Source: Acutalibacteraceae bacterium (lineage in GTDB: Bacteria; Bacillota; Clostridia; Oscillospirales; Acutalibacteraceae). From it: a stretch of DNA of 49,316 nt. Location: positions 1-49,316 of the forward strand of contig JAZPXP010000035.1 in assembly GCA_045543715.1 (NCBI GenBank). The letters are read 5' to 3'. Below the pieces are notes generated by a model. The model was given only the letters and a program-made list of their open reading frames with translations. It was not told the origin of the DNA and did not search any database. This document shows, one piece after another, positions 17,142 to 27,110 of this stretch. The position numbers were made by a program, and so were the translations under genes. Position 1 is the first letter of the stretch. Each line of letters opens with the position of its first letter.

Positions 17142-18239
17142 TTAAGCAAAAAAAGCTAAAGACTCAACCAAACAAAGAATTATAAAGAAAATTATCAAAC
17201 CGTTTTTAAAGAAATATTTATATTTATCTTTCTCCCCTGTTTTGAGACAAGATGGGGAAAGCTTATAGGCTTCGGTGTTGTTTTTAAGAAGCAAAACACC
17301 GATTATTCCCGCCAAAAGATTTAAAATCAAGAAAACGGTATATATAATATTCTGGGTTTCGCCCGAAAAAGAGGATAAAAGATAATCAAAGGCAACTGAA
17401 ATAAAATTGTTATAAGCATGAACTATAACGGCAGGCCAGATAGAGCCTGATTTAACGGTTATAAAGCCTAAAACAAGACCAACCAAAAAAGCAAAGGGAA
17501 TTTGCTCGAAATTTGAATGAACAAGACCAAAAAGAATTGCCGAAACCATTATTGCAAAGCCCTCGCCATGCTTTTTAAGTCTGCCTAAAATAAGACCGCG
17601 GCAAGCAAACTCTTCAACAAGTGCGGGAGTTATAACAGTTGCAATAATAGAAATCAAAAAACCAAAAATCCCTTTTGGGTTTTCGGGAAAATTAACATTA
17701 TATTCAATGCCAACGCTGCTGAATATGCTTCCCGCAATAGAAGAAGCGATATTTGCAAATGAGCAAAAGCCTATTCCAAAAAGGAAATAGGGGAGAAAGG
17801 TCTTTTTCTCGGGCTTTGCGAAACTTATTAAATCACTAATTCTTATCTTAAATATTTTAAATGAGATTATAAAAGGCAAAGTAAAGCTTAAAATAGAAAA
17901 TAAGATTTGCTGAGCTTGCATAATCATCGGGTCGCTTAAAAGACCGAAATCATCATTATTTAAGTGTTTTAAAACAAAGCTTGCCGTTAAAACCATCATA
18001 TTAAGGGTTATAATAAAAATCTGCATAAGCAGAAATCCAAGACCGATAGCCTTTGCAGACTTTTTGATGGATAATTTCTCATATAGAAATTCGGCGGGCT
18101 TTGAATTTAAAAAAAGTGCAGAGAAATCAGGGGGATTTTTAATATCCCCCTCTTTTTCTGCACATACTTCCTCTTCCTGTAAAATTTCTTCACAGGAAGA
18201 GATGTTTTCATTTGTTTCGAAGTTGTTATCATTCGGCAT
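17142..18239 (-). CDS. CPBP-family (CAAX/Abi-like) intramembrane metalloprotease
   Basis: Motifs EEFACRG, FGLVH and HAYNN in the C-terminal half, a polytopic membrane protein with an acidic cytoplasmic N-terminus. Confidence 0.8.
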   Translation of the reverse strand: MPNDNNFETNENISSCEEILQEEEVCAEKEGDIKNPPDFSALFLNSKPAEFLYEKLSIKKSAKAIGLGFLLMQIFIITLNMMVLTASFVLKHLNNDDFGLLSDPMIMQAQQILFSILSFTLPFIISFKIFKIRISDLISFAKPEKKTFLPYFLFGIGFCSFANIASSIAGSIFSSVGIEYNVNFPENPKGIFGFLISIIATVITPALVEEFACRGLILGRLKKHGEGFAIMVSAILFGLVHSNFEQIPFAFLVGLVLGFITVKSGSIWPAVIVHAYNNFISVAFDYLLSSFSGETQNIIYTVFLILNLLAGIIGVLLLKNNTEAYKLSPSCLKTGEKDKYKYFFKNGLIIFFIILCLVESLAFFA

Positions 18240-18274
18240 AACTTTTTCCTACTTTCCAAAAGGTTTGCCGCTTT

Positions 18275-20821
18275 TTATTCCTCAGTTACCTCTGCTTCGG
18301 CAATTTCCTCAGCCGAAACCTCTCCCGCATCAGCATCAGCCTCTTCGGGTTTTTCGGTAACCTCTTCCTCATTATGCTCAGTAAGTGCTACCGAGAGAAT
18401 TCTCTCTCCCTCAGCAACCTTCATTACCCTAACACCCTTTGCAGGACGGGCAAACTGAGAAATATCCCCGCTGAAAATACGGATAATGATACCGTTTGAA
18501 GCTATCATAATGATATCATCGTTATCGCCAATCGGAATGGTTGCCGCAACCTTGCCGAATTTCTCAGTGCGGTAGTTGATAAGTCCCTTACCGCCTCTTG
18601 ACTGGAGTCTGTAATCGGAAATACTGCTAATTCTTCCGTAACCTGTTTCGGTAACGGTTAAAATACGGGTGTTTTCATCGGTTATAGCCATATCGATAAC
18701 CCTGTCATCCTCACGCATATTTATGGCGCGAACACCACGGGCATTTCTTCCCATCGCTCTGACATCAGTTTCTTTAAACTGAATTGCAAGACCGTTTCTG
18801 GTTGCGATAAAGATGTTCTGGTCCCCATCAGTCATACGAACAAAGCCTAATTCATCATCTTCATCAATAGAAATTGCGATAATACCGCTCTTTCTTGTGT
18901 TTCTGAATTCTGATACCTTTGTTCTCTTAATAGTACCTTTCTTGGTAACCATAGCGATATATTTTTCCTCATCAAGCTCGCTTGCGGGAAGAATAATGGT
19001 AATCTTTTCGCCCTGCATCAAAGGCAGAATGTTAATAAGGTTCATACCCTTACTTGTTCTGCTTCCCTCAGGAATTTCATAAGCCTTGATGCGATACATA
19101 CGTCCAAGATTTGAGAAGAGCATAATATAATCGTGAGAAGAGCAAACAAACATATTCTCAATAGCGTCCTCTTCCCTTGTGGTCATACCAGTTATACCTC
19201 TTCCGCCTCTATGCTGAACGTTATAGGTATCGGCAGGAAGACGCTTAATATAACCGTTAACAGTTTTGGTAAGAACGCAAGCCTCTTCGGGAATAAGGTC
19301 TTCGATATCAACCTCGCCTGCAACATCGGTAATTTCACTGCGGCGGTCATCGGTAAATCTATCACGAAGATTTAATGCCTCGGTCTTAACTATATCGAGA
19401 ATTCTTTCCTTGCTTGCAAGAATTGCCTCGCACTCTCTGATGAATGCCAATTTTTCATCAAGCTCGTCAAGAATTTTCTGTTTTTCAAGACCTGCAAGCT
19501 TACCTAACTGCATCTGAACGATAGCGGTAGTCTGAATATCGTCAAGACCGAATCTCTCAGACAAAGCCTCTTTACTTTCAGGAATAGTTTTGCTTCTTCT
19601 GATTATTGCGATAACCTCATCAATAAAATCAAGAGCAATTTTAAGTCCCTCTAAAATATGGGCTCTTTCTTCTGCCTTTTTCTTATCAAATCTTGTTCTT
19701 CTTTCAATAATCTCGCATTGGAAATCAATGCAGTTCTGAAGCATCTCTTTAAGGGTTAAAACCTGTGGCTTTCCGTTAACAATAGCCAAAAGAATTGCGC
19801 CAAAAGTAGTCTGAAGCGAGGTATATCTATAAAGTTTGTTGAGAACAACCTGCGGATTTGCGTCTTTCTTGAGGTCAACGATAATTCTGATACCGCCATC
19901 CCTCTTTGAAGAATAGTCAACAACATCGTCTATTCCTTCAATTCTCTTATCAGCCGCTAAATCATAGATATTCTTAACTAGTTCCTGTTTCTTAACCTTA
20001 TATGGAATTTCGGTGATAATTATGCGGAACTTACCGTTTTTAGTTTCCTCAATTTCGGCTTTACCGCGAAGAATTATCTTGCCCCTACCTGTAGCATAAG
20101 CTGCGCGAATACCCGCTCTTCCCATAATGATACCGCCTGTTGGGAAATCGGGGCCCTTGATATATTCGCAAATATCCGAAAGCTCTGCCTCAGGGTTATC
20201 TATAAGGCAACACATACCGTCAATAACCTCACCTAAGTTATGAGGCGGAATTTCGGTTGCCATACCAACTGCAATACCCGAAGAACCGTTAACCAAAAGC
20301 TGAGGGAATCTAACGGGGAGTACCTCAGGCTCTTCCAAACGGTTATCATAGTTAGGGGTGAAGTTAACAGTATCTTTCTCGATATCATCAAGCATATGAA
20401 GAGAAAGTCTATTCATTCTCGACTCTGTATAACGATAAGCAGCGGCAGGATAACCGTCTATATTACCGAAGTTTCCGTGTCCGTCAATGAGGGGATAGCG
20501 AAGTGAAAAGTCCTGCGCCATACGAACCATTGAATCATAAACAGAAGCATCTCCGTGGGGATGGTAACGTCCAAGCACCGAACCTACCGTATCGGCGCAC
20601 TTGCGGTATGCCTTATCGGGAGTAAGTCCGTTTTCATACATAGTATAGAGTATTCTTCTGTGAACAGGCTTAAGACCGTCTCTAACATCGGGGATAGCGC
20701 GGCCAACCAAAACCGACATAGAATACTGAAGCATACTTTGTTTAACTTCATCAACTATTTCAACCGGCACGATATTAGTTTCTTCACTGCTCGGCCAATA
20801 TACATTTTCTTGTTTTGCCAT
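18275..20821 (-). CDS. gyrA: DNA gyrase subunit A
   Basis: 848 aa with active-site region ...AAAYRYTESR..., a C-terminal beta-pinwheel and an acidic tail, directly downstream of gyrB. Confidence 0.97.
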   Translation of the reverse strand: MAKQENVYWPSSEETNIVPVEIVDEVKQSMLQYSMSVLVGRAIPDVRDGLKPVHRRILYTMYENGLTPDKAYRKCADTVGSVLGRYHPHGDASVYDSMVRMAQDFSLRYPLIDGHGNFGNIDGYPAAAYRYTESRMNRLSLHMLDDIEKDTVNFTPNYDNRLEEPEVLPVRFPQLLVNGSSGIAVGMATEIPPHNLGEVIDGMCCLIDNPEAELSDICEYIKGPDFPTGGIIMGRAGIRAAYATGRGKIILRGKAEIEETKNGKFRIIITEIPYKVKKQELVKNIYDLAADKRIEGIDDVVDYSSKRDGGIRIIVDLKKDANPQVVLNKLYRYTSLQTTFGAILLAIVNGKPQVLTLKEMLQNCIDFQCEIIERRTRFDKKKAEERAHILEGLKIALDFIDEVIAIIRRSKTIPESKEALSERFGLDDIQTTAIVQMQLGKLAGLEKQKILDELDEKLAFIRECEAILASKERILDIVKTEALNLRDRFTDDRRSEITDVAGEVDIEDLIPEEACVLTKTVNGYIKRLPADTYNVQHRGGRGITGMTTREEDAIENMFVCSSHDYIMLFSNLGRMYRIKAYEIPEGSRTSKGMNLINILPLMQGEKITIILPASELDEEKYIAMVTKKGTIKRTKVSEFRNTRKSGIIAISIDEDDELGFVRMTDGDQNIFIATRNGLAIQFKETDVRAMGRNARGVRAINMREDDRVIDMAITDENTRILTVTETGYGRISSISDYRLQSRGGKGLINYRTEKFGKVAATIPIGDNDDIIMIASNGIIIRIFSGDISQFARPAKGVRVMKVAEGERILSVALTEHNEEEVTEKPEEADADAGEVSAEEIAEAEVTEE

Positions 20822-20834
20822 TATCTATCCCTCC

Positions 20835-22778
20835 TTAAATATCCAAATCGGTTGCAAACACTGCATTTTCTTCAATAAACTTACGGCGAGGCTCAACTTC
20901 TTCGCCCATAAGCATTGTAAATGTCTGGTCGGCAAGCTCAGCATCTGCCATAGTAACCTTTAACATTGTTCTGTGCTCAGGGTCGAGGGTGGTTTCCCAT
21001 AACTGCTCGGGGTTCATCTCACCAAGACCCTTATATCTCTGAACATCGGCAGTTCCGCCAAGCTGTTCAATATACATATCCTTTTCTTCATCGGTGAAAG
21101 CATCGAAATACCTTTTACCCTTTGCAACTCTGTAAAGAGGCGGTTGGGCTAAATAAATATGTCCCGTTTCAATTAACTCGGGCATATAGCGGAAGAAGAA
21201 GGTAAGTAAAAGTGTTCTGATATGGCTTCCGTCAACATCGGCATCGGCCATAATAATAATTTTATCATAGCGAAGTCTTGAAATATCAAAGTTCTCGCCT
21301 ATTCCTGTGCCAAGTGCTACAATAACAGGGGTTAACTTATCGTTTCCGTAAACCTTATCAACCCTTGCTTTTTCAACATTGAGCATTTTACCCCAAAGAG
21401 GTAAAATTGCCTGATAGGTACTGTTTCTTCCCTCAACAGCACTTCCGCCCGCACTGTCTCCCTCGACAATGAAGATTTCGGTCTTTGTTGGGTCATCGGA
21501 AATACAGTCTTTGAGTTTTTCAGGCATTCTGGTTTTTCCGCCGATACCTGATTTATTACGGGAAGCATCACGGGCTTTTTGAGCAGCTTCTCGGGCATTT
21601 GATGCCGCAATAGCCTTATCAATAACGATTTTTGCTTCGTTCGGGTTTTCTTCAAGGAATTTATAAAGTTGGTCGTTTATAATTTCTCTAACCAAATGTC
21701 CGATAGAGGTGTTACCAAGCTTTGCTTTGGTCTGACTTTCAAACTGAGCATCCGAAAGCTTAACAGAAACAACTGCAACCAAGCCCTCTAAAATATCGTC
21801 TCCCTTTAAATTATCGGAAGATTCCTTTATTTTCTTAAAATCGTGAGCATATTTATTAACAACTCTTGTTACTGTCTGTCTGAAGGCCTGTTCGTGAGTA
21901 CCGCCGTCAATAGTATGAAGTGTGTTAGCAAAAGAAAGGATTTTGCTGTCATAAGCGGTGGACCAAAGAAGTGCTATTTCAGCAGTACTGTCTCCTTTAG
22001 AGCCTGAAAGATAGATAACATCTTCGTTAAGACTTTCTTTCTTTATTCCCTCAAGCAGATATTCAACATAAGATTTAATACCGCCCTCATAGCAGAGGTC
22101 GTCCTGTTTATCCTTTGTGAAAGAATCACTTCTCTTATCGGTTAAAACTATTCTGATACCTGCATTAAGGAATGCCTGTTCACGAAGTCTTTTAAGAAGA
22201 ATATCGTAATCATAGGTAGTGGTATCGGTGAAAATTGTGGGGTCAGGTTTAAACCAAACGGTAGTACCTGTCTCCTTAGTTTCTCCGATAACCTCAAGGT
22301 CGGTTACAATATTTCCCTTTTCATATCTTTGCTTATAGATGTTCTTTCCGTCCTTAACCTCAACCTCAAGCCAGCTTGAGAGAGCATTAACAACAGAAGC
22401 ACCAACACCGTGAAGTCCGCCCGAAACCTTATATCCGCTTCCGCCGAACTTACCGCCTGCATGAAGAATGGTGAAAACAACCGTAACGGTGGGTATTCCT
22501 TTCTGTGGGTTAATACCAACCGGTATTCCTCGTCCGTTATCGCAAACCTTAACTACCCCGTCATCAAGTATATCAACGGTTATTTTATCGCAATAACCTG
22601 CCAAGGCCTCATCTATAGAGTTATCCACTATTTCATATACTAAGTGGTGAAGACCTCTTTCTCCCGTTGAGCCGATATACATACCAGGGCGTTTTCTTAC
22701 AGCCTCAAGTCCCTCGAGTACCTGTATGGAATTTTCGTCATAACTGTCGGTAACCGGGGTTGTAATTTCGTTATTCAT
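20835..22778 (-). CDS. gyrB: DNA gyrase subunit B
   Basis: 647 aa with a GHKL ATPase N-terminus, Toprim EGDSAGG, and ...PLRGKILNVEKA-like (here PLWGKMLNVEKA). Confidence 0.97.
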   Translation of the reverse strand: MNNEITTPVTDSYDENSIQVLEGLEAVRKRPGMYIGSTGERGLHHLVYEIVDNSIDEALAGYCDKITVDILDDGVVKVCDNGRGIPVGINPQKGIPTVTVVFTILHAGGKFGGSGYKVSGGLHGVGASVVNALSSWLEVEVKDGKNIYKQRYEKGNIVTDLEVIGETKETGTTVWFKPDPTIFTDTTTYDYDILLKRLREQAFLNAGIRIVLTDKRSDSFTKDKQDDLCYEGGIKSYVEYLLEGIKKESLNEDVIYLSGSKGDSTAEIALLWSTAYDSKILSFANTLHTIDGGTHEQAFRQTVTRVVNKYAHDFKKIKESSDNLKGDDILEGLVAVVSVKLSDAQFESQTKAKLGNTSIGHLVREIINDQLYKFLEENPNEAKIVIDKAIAASNAREAAQKARDASRNKSGIGGKTRMPEKLKDCISDDPTKTEIFIVEGDSAGGSAVEGRNSTYQAILPLWGKMLNVEKARVDKVYGNDKLTPVIVALGTGIGENFDISRLRYDKIIIMADADVDGSHIRTLLLTFFFRYMPELIETGHIYLAQPPLYRVAKGKRYFDAFTDEEKDMYIEQLGGTADVQRYKGLGEMNPEQLWETTLDPEHRTMLKVTMADAELADQTFTMLMGEEVEPRRKFIEENAVFATDLDI

Positions 22779-22803
22779 TAAAAAACAATCCTTTCTTGTC
22801 TTT

Positions 22804-23064
22804 TTAAAGTGTATCTATAAAACCTGAACGCTTTCGAAGCGTCAAGGAAGATATCTGAGAAATAAAAACCTTATTTTTTCTTTTTTTCGAGCAGATTATA
22901 AAAGATTTCGGAAGTTCAAAGGAAACATTAACAACTTCTTTTTTCTTTTCTGCCTTACTTAAAAATATTCGGGTGTTTTTTGAAACAGTTGTGCTTTCAA
23001 GGTCAAATATTCCTATAACCTCGTCAGACTTTATAACCGTTTCCTGACCTAAATGTATATACAT
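22804..23064 (-). CDS. remB: DUF370-family protein (RemB/YaaB-like)
   Basis: 86 aa starting MYIHLGQETVIKSDEVIGIFDL..., in the conserved position between recF and gyrB. Confidence 0.8.
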   Translation of the reverse strand: MYIHLGQETVIKSDEVIGIFDLESTTVSKNTRIFLSKAEKKKEVVNVSFELPKSFIICSKKRKNKVFISQISSLTLRKRSGFIDTL

Positions 23065-24128
23065 TAAACAATCTTTCCTTTTTTAACCTCAAAGATTTTT
23101 CCTGCCTTAAGGTTTTTAAAGTTTGACGGGTCGCAACAGGTTAAAAATGTTTGCATACCTTTAATGTGATTAAGTATAAAATCCTGTCTTTTAGGGTCTA
23201 ATTCACTCATAACATCATCTAGCAGAAAAACAGGACATTCTTTCGTATGTTTTTTTATAACCTCAGCCTCAGCAAGCTTCAAACTCAGCGCAACACTTCT
23301 TTTTTGACCTTGCGAGCCAAAAGAACGGGCAGAAATACCGTTAATTTTAAATTCTAAATCGTCCCTATGAGGTCCTACCGATGTAACAGCTGAAAACATA
23401 TCTTCTTTTCGGCTTTCTTTAAGACTTTCCCTTAAATCTTCACCCTTAAAAGAAGAAATATATGAGGTTTCGAGTATTTCTTTACCCGAAGATAAGCCGT
23501 TATAAACCTTAGGTAAGAAAATATTTAATTCATCAATATATTTCTTTCTGAAATTTATTATTTTTTTTCCGTTTTCGGCTATTTCTTCTTCAAAAATATC
23601 GAGCATAACACTAAGAGTTGAATCATATTTTAAATCTTTTATTATTTTATTTCTTTGGGCAACAGCTCTTAGATATTTTTTTAAAATTTCAATATATGAA
23701 GGATATAACTGACCGATTGCTATATCTAAAAATTTTCTTCTGACTGCGGGTCCGTCTTTAACAATTCCTAAATCATTAGGAGAAAAGATAATTGCATTAA
23801 AGTTTCCTGCAAGCAAAGAAGGAGTTTTTAATCTATTTTCATTTAAAATTGCTCTTCTTTTTTCCTCAATTTCGAGTTTTGCCTGTTTTTCAATACCTTC
23901 GCTTATAAAATCCAAGGATATAACCGCTTTTTCGCTGTTAAAATTAACAAACTCTTTGTCCTTAGAATTTCTAAAACTTTTAGCACCCGTGAAAAGCCAG
24001 ATAGCCTCAATTATATTTGTTTTACCCTGAGCATTCTCTCCGCAGATAACATTCATTCCCTCATCTGCTTGAAGAGAAGTATCTTCAATATTTCTGAAAT
24101 TCTTTAAAGAAAGGTTTAAAACTTTCAT
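23064..24128 (-). CDS. recF: DNA replication and repair protein RecF
   Basis: Walker A GENAQGKTN, an SMC-like signature ...GSQGQKRS..., and Walker B LLDDV. Confidence 0.95.
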   Translation of the reverse strand: MKVLNLSLKNFRNIEDTSLQADEGMNVICGENAQGKTNIIEAIWLFTGAKSFRNSKDKEFVNFNSEKAVISLDFISEGIEKQAKLEIEEKRRAILNENRLKTPSLLAGNFNAIIFSPNDLGIVKDGPAVRRKFLDIAIGQLYPSYIEILKKYLRAVAQRNKIIKDLKYDSTLSVMLDIFEEEIAENGKKIINFRKKYIDELNIFLPKVYNGLSSGKEILETSYISSFKGEDLRESLKESRKEDMFSAVTSVGPHRDDLEFKINGISARSFGSQGQKRSVALSLKLAEAEVIKKHTKECPVFLLDDVMSELDPKRQDFILNHIKGMQTFLTCCDPSNFKNLKAGKIFEVKKGKIV

Positions 24129-24337
24129 ATTATAGTAAAACCTTTACCCTCAAATTCAACCTTATCACCTTTATAAAGTTTTTTACCCCTCATTTTGCAA
24201 ACCTCATTATTAACTTTTACCTCGCCATTTTGAATAACTATCTTGGCGTGGCCTCCGGTTACAACTAAATTTGCAAGCTTCATAGCCGAATCTAACCTTA
24301 TAAAGTCTTCTCTTATTGAGATTTTTTCAAATTCCAT
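24125..24337 (-). CDS. yaaA: S4-domain RNA-binding protein YaaA/RlbA-like
   Basis: 70 aa of S4-like fold, in the conserved position between dnaN and recF, overlapping both neighbours. Confidence 0.8.
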   Translation of the reverse strand: MEFEKISIREDFIRLDSAMKLANLVVTGGHAKIVIQNGEVKVNNEVCKMRGKKLYKGDKVEFEGKGFTII

Positions 24338-25437
24338 TACTTCAACCTCATAGGCATAATCATATATTTAAATTCATCACCTTCTACAGGACAAATAATA
24401 ACTCCCGCATTAGGTCCGTTAAACAAAATCTGAACATTTTCAGCTTCACTTGCCTTTAAAGCCTCTAATAAATAACGGCTGTTAAGACCAATTTCAAAAT
24501 TTTCGCCCTCTAATTTTGTATTAAAGGTCTCGGTTGCTCTTCCCATAGAGGTAGCACAGGTGAAAACAACATTAAGCTCGTTAAAATAACAGCGAACAGG
24601 GGTTGAAAAAGATTCACTTATAAGAAGAGAAACACGCTCAATGGTATTTATGAGTTCTCTTGTATTAACAACAACCCTCTGCTTATGTCCCTCGGGGATA
24701 GTTTTCTTATAATTAACAAAATCTCCCTCTAAAAGACGGGAAATAAACGAATATCCGTTAATATTAAAGCAGATAAGTCTTTCCCCAACATTTATTTCAA
24801 CCTTTTCGGTTTCTTCATCAATAAGCTTAACTGCCTCACCTAAAGCACGGTTTGAAATGGTGAAGTTAATATCTTTTCCTATATTGCTTTTTTCTTTTCT
24901 TATTGCAAGGCGGTAACCGTCTATAGCAACTAACTGCAAAACATTATCTTCAGAAGAAATATTGATACCTGTGAGAATTGGTTTTGCACCCTCATTCTGA
25001 GCGGCAGCAAAAATGGTTCCTTTAACCATTTCGGATAAAACCTTTCCCTCAACCGAAATACTAATTCCTTCAGCAACAGAGGGCATTTCGGGGAAATCAG
25101 TTGAAGCCATACCCATAATATCAAAGTTTGCCTCTCCGCATTTAATGGAACAGTTAAGTCTGTCATCAGCAGAAATCTCGACCTGAGTTCCGTTCATTCT
25201 TCTTAAAATATCAGCAAGCAAACGGGCATTGATAACAATATCTCCAGCCTCTTCGCATTTGCCGTATATTTCCTTTTTCATTCCCATTTCAAGATTATAA
25301 GAAATGAGGGTTATCTTACCCTGCTCTGCAGAAATTAGAATACCTTCTAAAACAGGCATAGAGGTTTTAGAGCCAACTGCTCTCTGTAAACGGGAAACTG
25401 CTTCTAAAAGGCTTGCTCTCTCAACTGAAAAAATCAT
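24337..25437 (-). CDS. dnaN: DNA polymerase III beta sliding clamp
   Basis: 366 aa with three-domain clamp length, a C-terminal ...MPMRL motif, and a position directly after dnaA. Confidence 0.95.
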   Translation of the reverse strand: MIFSVERASLLEAVSRLQRAVGSKTSMPVLEGILISAEQGKITLISYNLEMGMKKEIYGKCEEAGDIVINARLLADILRRMNGTQVEISADDRLNCSIKCGEANFDIMGMASTDFPEMPSVAEGISISVEGKVLSEMVKGTIFAAAQNEGAKPILTGINISSEDNVLQLVAIDGYRLAIRKEKSNIGKDINFTISNRALGEAVKLIDEETEKVEINVGERLICFNINGYSFISRLLEGDFVNYKKTIPEGHKQRVVVNTRELINTIERVSLLISESFSTPVRCYFNELNVVFTCATSMGRATETFNTKLEGENFEIGLNSRYLLEALKASEAENVQILFNGPNAGVIICPVEGDEFKYMIMPMRLK

Positions 25438-25641
25438 AATTTTTCTCTCCTTAATAACATTAAAAATAACAGTAATAATAAGAGGTGTTAATTGTGTGGA
25501 AAACTGTCTTAAATATAGATTTTAAAAGAATTTTTAATGTTGATAAATGATTTTATTAAAAGTTTATAAAAATCTTCAAAAAAGTTATCAACATGGTAAT
25601 TTAATAACTTTTAGGTTAATTAAAGTGGAAAATGTGGATAA
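25438..25641. other. oriC segment: DnaA-box cluster plus AT-rich unwinding region in the dnaA-dnaN spacer
   Basis: TGTGGATAA (25633-25641) is a perfect TTATCCACA box. One-mismatch boxes are TGTGGAAAA (25495-25503), TGTTGATAA (25538-25546) and TTATCAACA (25585-25593), and AGTGGAAAA (25624-25632) has two mismatches. Very AT-rich tracts lie between them. Confidence 0.75.
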
Positions 25642-26982
25642 TTAATAGTTGTTCTCATTGTGGCTTATAAGGTTTTTAATAAGGTCATCAACTAGTTCCT
25701 TTTGATATGGCTTGTCCCTCAAAAATTCCTCAATTTTGTTAACATTATGAAGAACTGTTGTATGATCCTTTCCAAAACTTTCGCCGATGGCTTTAAAAGA
25801 AAGGTCGGTTGTTTCTCTTGCAATATACATAGCAACCTGACGGGCAAGAACCAAAGCAGAGGTTCTGCGGTTTGAAAGAATATCGGCCTCAGAAATATTG
25901 TAGGTTTTAGCAACCTCGGCGATAATCTTTTCAACCTTAATCGGCTCGGGTTTAGTATCGTTTATAACATCGCGGACAACATCCTGAACCAAAGAAAGAT
26001 TAGGAATTCTGTTTTGAATGGAAATCATAGCCTGAAGCTTTTTAATAACACCCTCAAGCTGTCTCGTATTAACCTTGATATGTTCAGCAATATAATAAAC
26101 TAAGTTTTCGTTTAGTTCAAAGCCTGCCTGCTCCGCCTTTTTATTTATAATACCAACCCTTGTTTCAAAATCGGGGGAGTTGATATCGGCAAAAAGACCG
26201 CTTTCAAGTCTTGAACGGATACGGTCATCAAGAGTTTTAACCTCTTTTGGCGGACGGTCAAGTGTTACAACAATCTGCTTGTTGTTTTGCAAAAGGGTGT
26301 TAAAGGTGTTAAAAAACTCTTCCTGAGTTTGCTCTTTTCCGGCAATGAAATGAATATCGTCAATAAGAAGAACATCAACATTGCGGTACTTATTTCTGAA
26401 ATCATCAACCGTTCCAAGACCAAGCTTACCTTCTTGGAGAGCGGTAATAAGTTGGTTAGTGAATTCTTCGCTTCTGATATATTCAATCTTTTTATATGGA
26501 AAACGTTTTCTCATATTGTTTTTAATTGCTAACATAAGATGGGTTTTTCCAACGCCTGACGGACCGTAAATAACAAGGGGGTTATAAACAATATTTGAAT
26601 TATCGGCAACCGCCAAAGATGCCGCATGGGCGAAACGGTTGGTAGAGCCAACAATAAAGTTATCAAAGGTGAAGAAATCTTCAAAGGAAAGACCTGCACT
26701 ATGTTCTTCAGCGTTTCTTATTTTTTCCTCGTTATCGTCATAGATAATCTTAACCGGAACATCTATTCCCATAATCTTTTTGGTTTTCATTTCTATTAAG
26801 CGAAGATAATTTTGTTCGATAATACCTCTGAGCCATTCGTTTTCAACCGTCAAAACAAGCTGACCGTCAAGCGAAAGGGGAGATAGTGGACTTAAAAAGC
26901 AATTAAAAGCAGATTCGGTTATCTCTTGTTTGCATTCTTCGCATATTGCAGACCATATATCTTCTAAAGAATTTATAGCCAT
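25642..26982 (-). CDS. dnaA: Chromosomal replication initiator protein DnaA
   Basis: 446 aa with AAA+ Walker A GPSGVGKTH and a C-terminal DnaA-box binding domain ...HTTVLHN.... Confidence 0.97.
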   Translation of the reverse strand: MAINSLEDIWSAICEECKQEITESAFNCFLSPLSPLSLDGQLVLTVENEWLRGIIEQNYLRLIEMKTKKIMGIDVPVKIIYDDNEEKIRNAEEHSAGLSFEDFFTFDNFIVGSTNRFAHAASLAVADNSNIVYNPLVIYGPSGVGKTHLMLAIKNNMRKRFPYKKIEYIRSEEFTNQLITALQEGKLGLGTVDDFRNKYRNVDVLLIDDIHFIAGKEQTQEEFFNTFNTLLQNNKQIVVTLDRPPKEVKTLDDRIRSRLESGLFADINSPDFETRVGIINKKAEQAGFELNENLVYYIAEHIKVNTRQLEGVIKKLQAMISIQNRIPNLSLVQDVVRDVINDTKPEPIKVEKIIAEVAKTYNISEADILSNRRTSALVLARQVAMYIARETTDLSFKAIGESFGKDHTTVLHNVNKIEEFLRDKPYQKELVDDLIKNLISHNENNY

Positions 26983-27110
26983 TTTTTAACCATCCTTTAT
27001 ATATATATTATAATATTTAATATAATCTAAGTTAGTATACCATATATAAACAAACTTTTCAACTTTTTTAGCGCAAAAAGTTGTATAAATTTTAAAATCC
27101 TTGATAATAA

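Noticed and set aside
18275-18370. Highly acidic C-terminal tail of GyrA (...EEVTEKPEEADADAGEVSAEEIAEAEVTEE).
   Set aside because: Acidic GyrA tails are known in several bacteria. This one is low complexity, with no evidence of a separate feature.
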